A stretch of 30,693 nucleotides of DNA from a virus (lineage: Duplodnaviria > Caudoviricetes). This document shows, piece after piece, positions 15,575 through 24,875 of this stretch. The notes under the pieces were generated by a model. The model ran no database searches. It had not been told where the DNA came from and saw nothing but the letters and a program-made list of their open reading frames with translations. The stretch lies in the IMG/VR virus record IMGVR_UViG_3300020043_001994, positions 1 to 30,693 of that record. One strand, given 5' to 3'. The first letter of the stretch is position 1, and every line of letters starts with the position of its first letter. Position numbers and translations under genes: made by a program.

Positions 15575-15978
15575 TTTTTGACTTTATCAGCAATTTTTTC
15601 CATTGTGCGTCCACCGAAGTAAAACGACATAACAAGCATACCCCATTGACCTAGCAACTCAACGTATGCACCACGAGTTTCGTATTCAAAGATCGATGCA
15701 ATGGCAAAGCCAGAATAAGCCACCAGCAAGAACACAAGCGTCAAAGGACGAATATTCTTGGACATCCATGAGTCGCTAGCCATGTCAGCTTTAACGCGCT
15801 CTGTGAGGTTGTTTTGCTCAACCTCATACAGTTTTGTTTCGTTGGCAATCTTAGCCAGTTCACCGTCTTGAGCCATCTTTTGCAGTTCAAGTTGCGCTTT
15901 GGCCTTGGCCTCTGGGTCAGGAATCAGTTTGTCAATGAGCTTGCCACCAACATTTAGGAGTGCGTCGAGTCCGATCAT
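15571..15978 (-). CDS. Holin-like protein (GTA 3TM holin type)
   Basis: KLIDKLIPDP, D..SDSW.SKNIRP, TM helices, FYFGGRT.EK; adjacent to the endolysin. Confidence 0.75.
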   Translation of the reverse strand: MIGLDALLNVGGKLIDKLIPDPEAKAKAQLELQKMAQDGELAKIANETKLYEVEQNNLTERVKADMASDSWMSKNIRPLTLVFLLVAYSGFAIASIFEYETRGAYVELLGQWGMLVMSFYFGGRTMEKIADKVKK

Positions 15979-16253
15979 TTTGTGTCCTTTTTACTGTCTT
16001 CGTTTTGCATGAGTTTGATGCCAGACAAGAATCCAATCATGCCGCCAATGAGGGTGCTGAAAGCAGGGCTGATCATCTTGAAGATTTCAGCGTTGTCCAC
16101 TTCCTTGGCCCATAGGCCAAGCATGAAAGCAAACACCATAGACAGCACAGAGATGCACAGCGTGGTGCTGACCATAAGCGTCACCCACAGTGTCAGTTTA
16201 TCTTTTGTGTCTGGCATTGGCTGGCGCGGTCTGCGTACTGGCTTGTCCATCAT
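15975..16253 (-). CDS. Two-TM membrane protein (lysis module)
   Basis: Two hydrophobic helices; ISPAF..LIGGMIG.LSG. Confidence 0.7.
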   Translation of the reverse strand: MMDKPVRRPRQPMPDTKDKLTLWVTLMVSTTLCISVLSMVFAFMLGLWAKEVDNAEIFKMISPAFSTLIGGMIGFLSGIKLMQNEDSKKDTK

Positions 16254-16259
16254 GCATCC

Positions 16260-16496
16260 TCATACAAAAATTTGAAAGCGCCTACGGTTCTCAAACGCAC
16301 TCAACTCAATGGTGTTTTGTCGCGCCCTTTTGTCGTACAGCTCGACTTCCATCTCAAGCGTTTTTAATTCCAGTTTGTTGGCCGCTATTGCATAACGATA
16401 TTCCTCTTGGACTTTCTCAACCGCCTTGTCAAATGCCAATTGAGTAGCGGTGTGGGTTGGCTGCACTAGCCCATACCATTTGTCGAAGGTGATCAT
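16260..16496 (-). CDS. Hypothetical coiled-coil protein
   Basis: 78 aa, coupled to the upstream gene. Confidence 0.6.
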   Translation of the reverse strand: MITFDKWYGLVQPTHTATQLAFDKAVEKVQEEYRYAIAANKLELKTLEMEVELYDKRARQNTIELSAFENRRRFQIFV

Positions 16497-16777
16497 TTCT
16501 TTTCCCTTTCAACTGCCATTGCGTAGTAGTACAGTATTTTTTGCCGTATTTCTGCACTATCTGCTGTCCCTGCCCAAAGCGCCAAGTTATTCCATATTCC
16601 TACCAACTGCTCAGATGAGCAATTGCTGCCATTGGTGGTCAGCCACTCCGAGAGGCGCTGGTGGCGCTCACTCGGGTTTCCGAGCCAGCTTAGACCATAG
16701 AAGTCGGAGACGATGCAAGACTCTTTGGCCGTAGCCTTTGAGAGTAGCAACAACAGTAGAAATAAAAACAGGCGCAT
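16493..16777 (-). CDS. Exported protein with signal peptide
   Basis: MRLFLFLLLLLLSKATA signal; two Cys. Confidence 0.65.
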   Translation of the reverse strand: MRLFLFLLLLLLSKATAKESCIVSDFYGLSWLGNPSERHQRLSEWLTTNGSNCSSEQLVGIWNNLALWAGTADSAEIRQKILYYYAMAVEREKK

Positions 16778-16782
16778 TCATT

Positions 16783-16998
16783 TCAATGCTTCCAATAATT
16801 TAGCAAGTAACCAACAACAACAGAAACGCTTGAGACAACAGTCATGCCAAACCAAAGGCCTCCACGACCTTTGTTGGCCAGCGCAACCAGTTCTTCGAGC
16901 TGGCGCTCGACCTTGTCCATTTTCTTGTCCATGTCCTGCACTTTTTGCCAGAGCACGCCATACTTCACCGGATCAAAGTTTGTATCATCAAACGCCAT
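16783..16998 (-). CDS. Coiled-coil plus C-terminal TM protein (lysis-associated)
   Basis: DPVKYG.LW.KV...LVALANKGRGG.W followed by a TM segment. Confidence 0.7.
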   Translation of the reverse strand: MAFDDTNFDPVKYGVLWQKVQDMDKKMDKVERQLEELVALANKGRGGLWFGMTVVSSVSVVVGYLLNYWKH

Positions 16999-17019
16999 TT
17001 ACTTCACCAATTATGAAAT

Positions 17020-17268
17020 TTAAATTTTTGCAGCTTCTTGAGCAGCTTCGTATGCAGCAATCACTTCAGGCGTGTGAATTGATGCTGCAATGGCTTGCAC
17101 TTTGGAATCTTCTTGGCTGTAATCAGCACCAGGTGCAACTGTATGGCGATGAAATTGGCTGCTGATTTCCACGCCATCTTCTTTGATAGCGGTCTTGGTG
17201 CGAACTTGGATTACGCCAGATTCAACAACTTCAATCAGATCGACAGAGATAACTTTTTCGAGGGGCAT
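17020..17268 (-). CDS. Small tail-fibre-associated protein
   Basis: LEK...VD.IEV...G.IQVRT.T.I.EDGVEIS..FHRH...P; located in the fibre cluster. Confidence 0.65.
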   Translation of the reverse strand: MPLEKVISVDLIEVVESGVIQVRTKTAIKEDGVEISSQFHRHTVAPGADYSQEDSKVQAIAASIHTPEVIAAYEAAQEAAKI

Positions 17269-17279
17269 GATATTTCCTT

Positions 17280-17540
17280 TTAGCAGTCAGTTGCGCCAGC
17301 AAATTCTGGCAGGGTTTTGAGGTGTGCGTATGCTTGAGCAATAAAATTTTCTCCACTCAAGTTTGGCACAAAGTGAAAATTGACTTGCTTGTGAAAAGCA
17401 TCATTCACCAAGCAATGCACTTCTATGTGCATTCCATTTTTTCCACCAATCAGTTGATTAATTTTCCAGTAAGCATCACGCGAAAGCAATGAACCTTCAA
17501 ATCCGTTTTGCGTGATGACAGCATCTTTTTGTAAAGCCAT
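17280..17540 (-). CDS. Small tail-fibre-associated/chaperone-like protein
   Basis: C-terminal NFIAQAY.HLKTLPEFAGATDC; follows the tailspike. Confidence 0.65.
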   Translation of the reverse strand: MALQKDAVITQNGFEGSLLSRDAYWKINQLIGGKNGMHIEVHCLVNDAFHKQVNFHFVPNLSGENFIAQAYAHLKTLPEFAGATDC

Positions 17541-17552
17541 TTTGATACCCCT

Positions 17553-19430
17553 TTATTGAATGATTCGCACGTTGAATTGCTCTGTGCCAGCAAAGTTTGT
17601 GCCGTTGCCCGATGTAATAACTACGTTTGGCGATGAAGTAACAGCATAAATTCCGTTGGCAGCCATATACGCTGCCGCTTGTGAATTTGTAGGGCTTAAC
17701 ATCACCAAGGCGTTAGGTGCGGCAATCATTACGGTTGTTGAAACCGTAACAGTTGCAACACCAGCTGGCAATGTAATGTTTGCCACCAATGGCTTTAAAG
17801 GATTAGAAACGTTACCCTCTCCAAAACTGGTTGCAGCCAATCCAGAGATTCCAACAGCAGCGCCAGCAGTAGTGTCTAAAACGTTATCGGTGTAACGATT
17901 GCCTGATCCATTGTCTTCATAAATGTTATAGACAGTAGAACGTATGCGATTGTTTGACACAATTGAATTTTGCATATATGACGTATACATTCCAACTCGA
18001 CAATCTTGAGTGGTAGAACCATCAACATTGTTGTTTGAAATCATGCAACGATCATTGACCAAACCAGAATTGACTCCAAGAACACGAATACCAGAAACGG
18101 CACTATTGTCAATAGCAACACATGTCCAAGTGACAGTTCCATCCACAACAGTTGCGCCTGGCGTTGTTGGCCACGTTGGTTCTGTAGAACCAGTTGTTCC
18201 ACCACCTCTTGTGGTGTAAAGGCGACTATTAAAAACCGTAGGCTTAATTTGTGAATAGTATGGAATTACAGTTGTAGATGCCCAAGCCGCTACGTTTAAG
18301 ATCGTATCTGGAGGTGCAAAACCAATAATTTGATTGTGCGAAATGTCAAAATAAAAGTTTGAGCCAGTAGACGGATTTATTAAAATTCCGTTGCCAATAC
18401 TACTTCCTTGAAGATTTCCACAGACCATCCTATTGTTGCGAATGGATAAATAATCATAAGCAACTGAACCTGCAAAAACAGCCACACCGCCTTGACCAAC
18501 GTACAACATAGTATTGTTTGAGATGTCTAGGCTACCTCCACCGATTGCTGAAATACCACCACCGCAAACATAAATAAAGTTGTTGTTTATTACGCTGTTT
18601 TGGCCGTCATTGCGAATTGGCGGTCCAAGTGTTCCTCTTGTGTTTGTTCCAGGAATTAAATTTGAATTTCCAATAATTATGTTGTTGGAAATGTTGTTGT
18701 TGCTGCTGGAAATGTAAGCAAGTTTTTCGTAAGGGTGTTTTGCAATGTTTCCTTGAATCGACATGCCGTTGCATTGTGATGCAAAAATACATTGCACAAA
18801 CATTCCACCATCATCAGTAGGATAAAACTGGTTGTCGCTAATGATGTGCTTTTCGCCAAGGTAGCAGTTGATCCCGAAATACGCGGTGTCGCGGTATTCG
18901 GTTGGGCCACCAGTAAAGTTGTTGTTTGTGATTTTTGCGTATTTCGCGCCAAACAAATTCAAACCGTATTTGTGCGGCTTGCGGATAGTCAAACCATCCA
19001 TTGTGAAAGAATCACCAGTAACCTTGATTAAACTTGGTGATGTTGCTGCAGTGCCAGTGTTGACTTGATTGGTAACTCCATCGCCTTCAACAATGCCATT
19101 GCCAGTAAAGGTCACATCGTCAGCTGTTACCAAAAAGATGGTTGGTGGATTTGTTTGGATTGCACCAAAATTTGACTTTACAACACCATCAATCAATACA
19201 GTCATGCGCTTATTGATTTCAATGGCTGCTGATTCTCCACCATTTGTATCAATAACATATTCTGCGGTGTCTGCTGGAACAAACAAAGTTCCACCTACTG
19301 GAGTTGATATTACTGCCAGTTTGAATGCTACCAAATTTGATGCTGCACTTGCTGAAGATGAAGCGCCATAATCTTGGACGTTTACAGCAGCGTCCTTGAT
19401 CATTGAGTAAGAAACTTTAGTAAGTGACAT
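17553..19430 (-). CDS. Tailspike/depolymerase, right-handed beta-helix
   Basis: MSLTKVSYSMI anchor, VNVQDYGA pectate-lyase-like start, many I.NN. beta-helix rungs. Confidence 0.85.
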   Translation of the reverse strand: MSLTKVSYSMIKDAAVNVQDYGASSSASAASNLVAFKLAVISTPVGGTLFVPADTAEYVIDTNGGESAAIEINKRMTVLIDGVVKSNFGAIQTNPPTIFLVTADDVTFTGNGIVEGDGVTNQVNTGTAATSPSLIKVTGDSFTMDGLTIRKPHKYGLNLFGAKYAKITNNNFTGGPTEYRDTAYFGINCYLGEKHIISDNQFYPTDDGGMFVQCIFASQCNGMSIQGNIAKHPYEKLAYISSSNNNISNNIIIGNSNLIPGTNTRGTLGPPIRNDGQNSVINNNFIYVCGGGISAIGGGSLDISNNTMLYVGQGGVAVFAGSVAYDYLSIRNNRMVCGNLQGSSIGNGILINPSTGSNFYFDISHNQIIGFAPPDTILNVAAWASTTVIPYYSQIKPTVFNSRLYTTRGGGTTGSTEPTWPTTPGATVVDGTVTWTCVAIDNSAVSGIRVLGVNSGLVNDRCMISNNNVDGSTTQDCRVGMYTSYMQNSIVSNNRIRSTVYNIYEDNGSGNRYTDNVLDTTAGAAVGISGLAATSFGEGNVSNPLKPLVANITLPAGVATVTVSTTVMIAAPNALVMLSPTNSQAAAYMAANGIYAVTSSPNVVITSGNGTNFAGTEQFNVRIIQ

Positions 19431-19439
19431 TTTTATCCT

Positions 19440-20237
19440 TTAAACAGGGTAGGCAACTGAATAAGTTATGCTGCCTGTAGGTGTGGAAACAGCAGATGCG
19501 TATAAAGCAGGGCTTGCCGCTGGCAATGCAAGTGTTGAGCCTGGATTGCCTAAACTGTCGCTATTTATTAAAGAACCAGTAGCGGCTGCACCAATAGCAA
19601 ATGGCAGATTGCTACAAATAAAGCCTCCGGTTAAAGTCATGCTGACAGACGCTGTAATTCTTGCCGTCACAAACACCATTCTTCCAATTTTTGTGTATGT
19701 GCCTGACGATGCAAATACTCCAGTAACAGTTAAACCAGAGCCTTGGTTTGGTGTCCAAGTACCTTCTTCATAGTCAGCAAATAATTCACTTGTGCCTGAA
19801 CCTGATGTGGCAGAAAAGTCAATTCCTTTGCCAGATGTTGCAATGACAATATTTCCTGAATCAAACGTGTACGCCAAGTTTGTACCATCGCTAGAAACAG
19901 TAAGTCCGTTACTAATCCCAGATTGACCAGCTCGGAAAATGGACTGTACGCCAGCACCAGAAACAACGTCTAATTTAAAGGCAGGAGTTGTTCCAATACC
20001 TAATGTACCTGCAAAATAATTTGCGCCTGTAGTTGAAGTAATTGAGCCGTAAGCCGTTATTGCATAGGCTGTAGCAGCGCCACCAATACCTAAACTAGAC
20101 GCTAAAACAGTTCTTCCAGCAGTTAAATCAGATACTGAAACTTTAACAGTTGCACCTGATTGAACAATTGGTAAAACTTCTGTACCAGCAAGTGGGGTAG
20201 TAGAAGACGTTAGTGCGGAAATTTTTGTATTGGCCAT
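19440..20237 (-). CDS. Short tail fibre protein
   Basis: MANTKISAL...PL.GTE.LPIVQ.G.T.KVSV N-terminus; GIGTTP..KLDV; GIDFSAT...DYEEGTWTP...YTKIGR.V C-terminus. Confidence 0.78.
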   Translation of the reverse strand: MANTKISALTSSTTPLAGTEVLPIVQSGATVKVSVSDLTAGRTVLASSLGIGGAATAYAITAYGSITSTTGANYFAGTLGIGTTPAFKLDVVSGAGVQSIFRAGQSGISNGLTVSSDGTNLAYTFDSGNIVIATSGKGIDFSATSGSGTSELFADYEEGTWTPNQGSGLTVTGVFASSGTYTKIGRMVFVTARITASVSMTLTGGFICSNLPFAIGAAATGSLINSDSLGNPGSTLALPAASPALYASAVSTPTGSITYSVAYPV

Positions 20238-20270
20238 TTTTTAACTTTTAAGTTGATGTTTTTGACAGAC

Positions 20271-20756
20271 TTAAATCAAAAATTCGATTACCGAAGAAAG
20301 TGGTGGCGCTTCTGAAAACGTCACATTACCATTGGCAAATGTGTATGTATTTTTATTTTGATACACGCCATTGATGTAGATTGCGCTTGGCCCAGATGAC
20401 AATGAAAAAATTGTCTGCACACCATTGCCAGTAGCATTTGATGCAATAGTTCCAAGTCCTGAAAGATTGTCATTCAGCGATGTGTAGACAACGCTGCCTT
20501 TAGAGTTCAGCACTTGGATGCTGTAGTCGCTTCCAACATAGAAACGTGCTGGTGTTCCTTGGTAGCTTGGATAACCATTCAATGTACGGATAGGTTGGGC
20601 TGCTGAAATTGTCAGAGCAGAATCCCAATAGACATTAATCGGATTTGTCTGAGGAGACAAATTTGCAGTGCCAATCCAGATATATCCATTTTCCAACGGC
20701 TGACCGTCAGCGCCAGCAAATACTGGATACGGTGGTTGAATTGAGAGTACTGACAT
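20271..20756 (-). CDS. Stand-alone P22 tailspike head-binding domain plus small C-terminal beta domain (adaptor)
   Basis: PYP.F...DG.PL.NGYIWIG....P..NPI.VYWD...QPIRT..GYP...YSIQV....G..VY, then GNGVQT.F...YINGVYQ...Y......TFSEAPP. Confidence 0.75.
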   Translation of the reverse strand: MSVLSIQPPYPVFAGADGQPLENGYIWIGTANLSPQTNPINVYWDSALTISAAQPIRTLNGYPSYQGTPARFYVGSDYSIQVLNSKGSVVYTSLNDNLSGLGTIASNATGNGVQTIFSLSSGPSAIYINGVYQNKNTYTFANGNVTFSEAPPLSSVIEFLI

Positions 20757-20776
20757 TTATTGGTTCTCCTGTTCGA

Positions 20777-20805
20777 ATTGTCGCTCAAGGTTGCACTTGT
20801 GGCAA
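20777..20805 (-). promoter_or_regulatory. Putative late promoter TTGCCA-17-GACAAT
   Basis: Intergenic; followed by SD AGGAG. Confidence 0.5.
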
Positions 20806-20818
20806 TGCATTGAGGGCT

Positions 20819-22795
20819 TCATTGGTTGGCCTTTCGTTTAAGGATCTTTTCCATCTCTTTGATGGCATTTTCCTTGTTTACTCCTCGAAGATTTTGAGCT
20901 TTTTCAGCTACCAACTCCATGGCTCGTTGAGCAGCGTTTCCTCTGGCAATGTCAAGTCCTGTTTGCATAGCTTCAGAGACTTGGCCTTTAAGTGATGTTT
21001 GAGCAGCAGCTCCGAACATACGGTCTAACTCGTTAACAAAGATAAGTTGGTTCACGATGTCATCGTCTAACTTCATTCCATATTTGCCCGCCACCTGATT
21101 GGCTTGGTCGAGAGAATCGATCAAGTTGGCGCGTGTGCCGTAATTGCTTGTCAGCTTGCGCATAGCAGTGCCTAGAGCTTTGTTGGCATTTGGCGAGTCA
21201 AAGTCAATTTGAGTACCTGCGGCTTTTTGCAAATCATCTAGTGCCGTGATGGTTTCAGAATACTTTTCGTTGGCTGCTTTGTAAACTGGAAACTTTTCTC
21301 CAAGCGAATCATTTAAATTTCTACGTAGATTTTTGACAACTTTCTCAGCTTCAGCAGTCAAAGGGTTGGCTAAGTTCTTTTTTCCGTAGTTGACCTGCGT
21401 ATCAATGAAACGCTTGGCATCATGAACACCAAGAGCGTCTGGCGCATCTGTTTTACTTAGACGTTTTAAGACAATGTTTAGCAGTCTTTCTGCACCTGTA
21501 TCGCCTTCAATGCGTGAGCCCTGTAGATTAACTTTTGCAAGCCCATTTTGATCCATTTCAACTTTTACGCCAATGGAACCAAGATCATCTAAAAAGGTGT
21601 TGACAGCTGGGTCGTAATCAACGGACTGACCACGAAGTTTGGTTTGTGCAATTCTGTCAATGGCTTTTCCTGCCTGTTGGTTTGAGTTGGCTAGAAAGTC
21701 CACGCGAGATTGAACTGTATCACCAAGGATGTCGGCTGGCCTGTTCATAGCCCTGAATGCTTCGCTCTTTTCGCCCATTTTAAAAATGTTGAGCATTTTG
21801 GTCATGGCGTTGCGATCTTTATCGGTCGCTGCTTTGATGCTGGCTACTGTGCCATCTTTCCAGCCTTGTTTGATGGCCGATACTGCTTCGTTATCAGGTA
21901 CGACCTGCGTTCCTGAAAGCCTAACATTTACTAAGTCAACAGAATCAGGTGTCTGCGTAAGTTGGCTTTTGATAATTCGCTGATTCTCTGGCGAGATTTT
22001 CTCTCCGACTGTGGCCTTGATGCTTTGCACCGACTCGCGAAATGTTGGCTCAACTTGTTCACGGATGCCAGCTCCGCTTGGTGCGACTGCCTTGGCCGTT
22101 GCTTGAGTTGCGGTTTTGACGATCTGAGGAACAGCAGGCAAAAGTCCACCTCCAATTGATGCAGCAATTTGACCAAGAGGGCCAGCGCCAGACTCTTTTG
22201 CGATCTGGCCTGCTGCACCTGCTGATGCTCCGCTTGCAACTTGAAGGCTTGGGGCTGCTGCCATGAGTTGGCCTACGCCTTGCGTAACTGGTCCAGCAGC
22301 GGTTTGCAATGTTTTTCCAAGGGCTACAGTTCCACCAGCTGCGCCAGCGCCTGCTGAGGTAGTTTGTACGATGCGTTCTGCTGCTGTTCTTGGTTCTGCT
22401 ACACCAACACGAGTTAGCAGGTCTTGCAGTGCATCAGTGGGCAGTGTGTATTTTGTCCCAAACATGCTGTTAATTGAGCCGACGATGGGGTCTGCGACCA
22501 TTCCGGCAAGCGTAGCCGCACCAGCACCTGCGATTGCTCCTGGAACCGCACCAACACCTGCAAATGGGACTCCTATAGCTGCACCAAGAGCAGCGCCAGC
22601 GGCTGGAAGTGCTAATCCTCTTGTGGCTGCACCAGCAAGACCTGTTGCCGTTGTTGATGGCGCTGGTTGCTGTGAAGCAAGCCATTGCTCTGGTGACATT
22701 GCAGCCGCAGTTGGTGCTGTAGCCGTAGATGCAGGGGCAGGAGCTACTGGAGCTGCCTGCTTAGTCTGTGATGCCAACCATTCTTCTGGACTCAT
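20819..22795 (-). CDS. DNA ejection/transfer protein (P22 gp16 position)
   Basis: 658 aa, Ala/Gly-rich hydrophobic N-half and helical C-half; third of three ejection-type genes. Confidence 0.65.
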   Translation of the reverse strand: MSPEEWLASQTKQAAPVAPAPASTATAPTAAAMSPEQWLASQQPAPSTTATGLAGAATRGLALPAAGAALGAAIGVPFAGVGAVPGAIAGAGAATLAGMVADPIVGSINSMFGTKYTLPTDALQDLLTRVGVAEPRTAAERIVQTTSAGAGAAGGTVALGKTLQTAAGPVTQGVGQLMAAAPSLQVASGASAGAAGQIAKESGAGPLGQIAASIGGGLLPAVPQIVKTATQATAKAVAPSGAGIREQVEPTFRESVQSIKATVGEKISPENQRIIKSQLTQTPDSVDLVNVRLSGTQVVPDNEAVSAIKQGWKDGTVASIKAATDKDRNAMTKMLNIFKMGEKSEAFRAMNRPADILGDTVQSRVDFLANSNQQAGKAIDRIAQTKLRGQSVDYDPAVNTFLDDLGSIGVKVEMDQNGLAKVNLQGSRIEGDTGAERLLNIVLKRLSKTDAPDALGVHDAKRFIDTQVNYGKKNLANPLTAEAEKVVKNLRRNLNDSLGEKFPVYKAANEKYSETITALDDLQKAAGTQIDFDSPNANKALGTAMRKLTSNYGTRANLIDSLDQANQVAGKYGMKLDDDIVNQLIFVNELDRMFGAAAQTSLKGQVSEAMQTGLDIARGNAAQRAMELVAEKAQNLRGVNKENAIKEMEKILKRKANQ

Positions 22796-24213
22796 TGAAT
22801 CACCCCATTGGCTTTAAGATAGTCACTCCATTGTGCATCAGTGAATGATGCTGGCCTTGGGTAAGTTTTACCTCCAATAGTTGCACTAGTTGGCAATGGT
22901 GCTGGTGGCGCTTGTTCAGGTCCAAACACATTTTCAGCATTGAGGCGATAATTTTTGACAACCACTCCAAGAGCTTTCTTGTCTTCTTCTGCTTTCTTTT
23001 GAGCTGATTCGTAATATTGCTTGGCTAGATTGACAAATTCTTGTCTTTGATTTGGCTGTAAGAATTGACCGCTTTCAGCTTTCTTTAAACTGTTTTCAAG
23101 TCGTGTGTACAAACCAGCTGTATCGCGAGCCGTGGCAAATTCTGTTTCGCGCACCACTGAGCCTGGATCAAGCATTTTCATGAATCCGGTGATCAGTGCA
23201 ATGTCGCCTGGACCAGTCTTTGCTCCTGCTGAAGATTGGATATTGTTGAACGTGGTTCCAAGTTCTCCATATACCTTGGTGCGGCCTTGGTATTCCTTGC
23301 GCAGTTTTTCTTCCTGCTCGAATGTCTTGGTTGGGTCCATTCCACCAGTGGATTTGAGGGCTTCCAACTCTAGTGCGGCTTTTTGACTTTCGATTCCAAG
23401 TTTTTTGGTTTGTGCCAATGCAGACCCAGTTTGTGCATTTGTCAGGCCAAGATCAGCGGCTTTCTTTTTAAGGTCTGCAAGTGTGATTTGTTCTGCAAAT
23501 TTGGCATCAACTTGCGCTTTTTGTGCGTCTGCCGTTGCTTTGGCTGCGTCAGCTGCTGCCTTTTCTGCTGCATTGGTGGCGGTAGCTTGAGCTGTAGTGG
23601 CATCTGCCACGGCTTTGTCAGCCTTTGCTCTGGCTTCAAGCAGTGCAGATGGCGCTTTGGCTTCTTCTCGAATTGTTGACAATGCTTTATCAACATTAGC
23701 AAGCAAATCCTTACCACCGGGAAGAATGGCAGTCATTACTCCAATTGTTGCTTGAGCACCAGCTGGATTGATCTCAATTAACTGTAAAGAGTTTTCAGTT
23801 GCTTTGGCATCCTGTTCACGGCCAGCATTTCTATATGCGGTGGCTTGTTCCTTCAGCATGTTTTTTGCAATGTCAATCTGCCCAGACTTTACTGCTGAAT
23901 AAACCTGAGCTGCATTGCGAAGTGAACTTTGTTGTTGCTCTGCTGTAAGCATTTCGAAAGATTTGCGAACGTTTTCAGCTTGATCTTTTGGCAAGAATGC
24001 AGAGGCTTCTGCATAATCTGTAGCTGTTGCATTTGGATTTTTAAACAAAGCCGAAAGTTTTGTTTGTGCTGCTATTGCACGCTCACGTGCTTGTGCTTGT
24101 GCTTGTGCTTCTGCACCAGCTGCACCAAGTTTAAAGCCACCAATTGCCGCCTCAAATGGGCTTTGCACATCGACTGTGTAGTTGATTGGTGCTTGGAATG
24201 GGTTAATTGCCAT
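22792..24213 (-). CDS. DNA ejection/transfer protein (P22 gp20 position)
   Basis: Ala/Gln-rich helical; GDIALI..FMKMLDPGSVVRE.EF motif. Confidence 0.7.
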   Translation of the reverse strand: MAINPFQAPINYTVDVQSPFEAAIGGFKLGAAGAEAQAQAQARERAIAAQTKLSALFKNPNATATDYAEASAFLPKDQAENVRKSFEMLTAEQQQSSLRNAAQVYSAVKSGQIDIAKNMLKEQATAYRNAGREQDAKATENSLQLIEINPAGAQATIGVMTAILPGGKDLLANVDKALSTIREEAKAPSALLEARAKADKAVADATTAQATATNAAEKAAADAAKATADAQKAQVDAKFAEQITLADLKKKAADLGLTNAQTGSALAQTKKLGIESQKAALELEALKSTGGMDPTKTFEQEEKLRKEYQGRTKVYGELGTTFNNIQSSAGAKTGPGDIALITGFMKMLDPGSVVRETEFATARDTAGLYTRLENSLKKAESGQFLQPNQRQEFVNLAKQYYESAQKKAEEDKKALGVVVKNYRLNAENVFGPEQAPPAPLPTSATIGGKTYPRPASFTDAQWSDYLKANGVIQ

Positions 24214-24224
24214 GTTGTTTTCCT

Positions 24225-24875
24225 TTAGAACCCAAAGCCAACGCCAGCCTTACCGCCTGCGCCATACTGGAATCCAAGCATTTGAGCAGGCAGATTAAAG
24301 AGCTGACCATAAGCCTTGGCTTGTCCAAGTTCACCACCTGCTAAAGCTGCACCTTGCTGAGATAGCAAATTGGCTACATTTGTCCCTGATTCCATTCCAG
24401 CAGCGCCAACACCAGCAGCAGAACGCTGGCCTAGTTGTGTCATGCCACCTAAACGGCCATATTGCTGCTCAATCAATGAGTTAAGCAATGCTGGTCTGAA
24501 TTGAGCTAATGCACCTTGGATGTTGCCACCACGCAAGCCACCAGTGGCAGAAGCACGCTGTAGTAATGCTTCTTCTCCTTGTCCTGCAAGTGCTTGAAAT
24601 GTTTCTCCACCTGTGATTCGCTCAATGGCCGCACGCTCGGCTTCTGGTCCTTTAAGACCAAGGAATGCTTGTTGTGCTTCGAGTGCTGGCAGGCCTGCCT
24701 CGGTGTAAGGCTTGAGTAATGTTTGCAAAGCATCGAATTGCCTGCGCTGTTCTTCAATGCCTGCTTGAGCTGCACCGGATTGAATACCTGCGGCTTCGCC
24801 AGCTGCGCTGGCCTGCATTGAACTTCCAATAAGTTGGGTTCCACCAACAACTAGGGCTGTGACTGGATCAGGCAT
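24225..24875 (-). CDS. DNA ejection/transfer protein (P22 gp7-like)
   Basis: PY.EAG..AL, A.ATGGLRGGN.Q.AL motifs; Gly/Ala-rich. Confidence 0.8.
   Translation of the reverse strand: MPDPVTALVVGGTQLIGSSMQASAAGEAAGIQSGAAQAGIEEQRRQFDALQTLLKPYTEAGLPALEAQQAFLGLKGPEAERAAIERITGGETFQALAGQGEEALLQRASATGGLRGGNIQGALAQFRPALLNSLIEQQYGRLGGMTQLGQRSAAGVGAAGMESGTNVANLLSQQGAALAGGELGQAKAYGQLFNLPAQMLGFQYGAGGKAGVGFGF

Noticed and set aside
22263-22817. 184-aa Ala/Pro-rich plus-strand ORF
   Set aside because: Mirror of the Ala/Gly-rich ejection protein codons.
24085-24110. TGTGCT hexamer repeat
   Set aside because: Encodes AQAQAQ in a helical ejection protein; ordinary low complexity.
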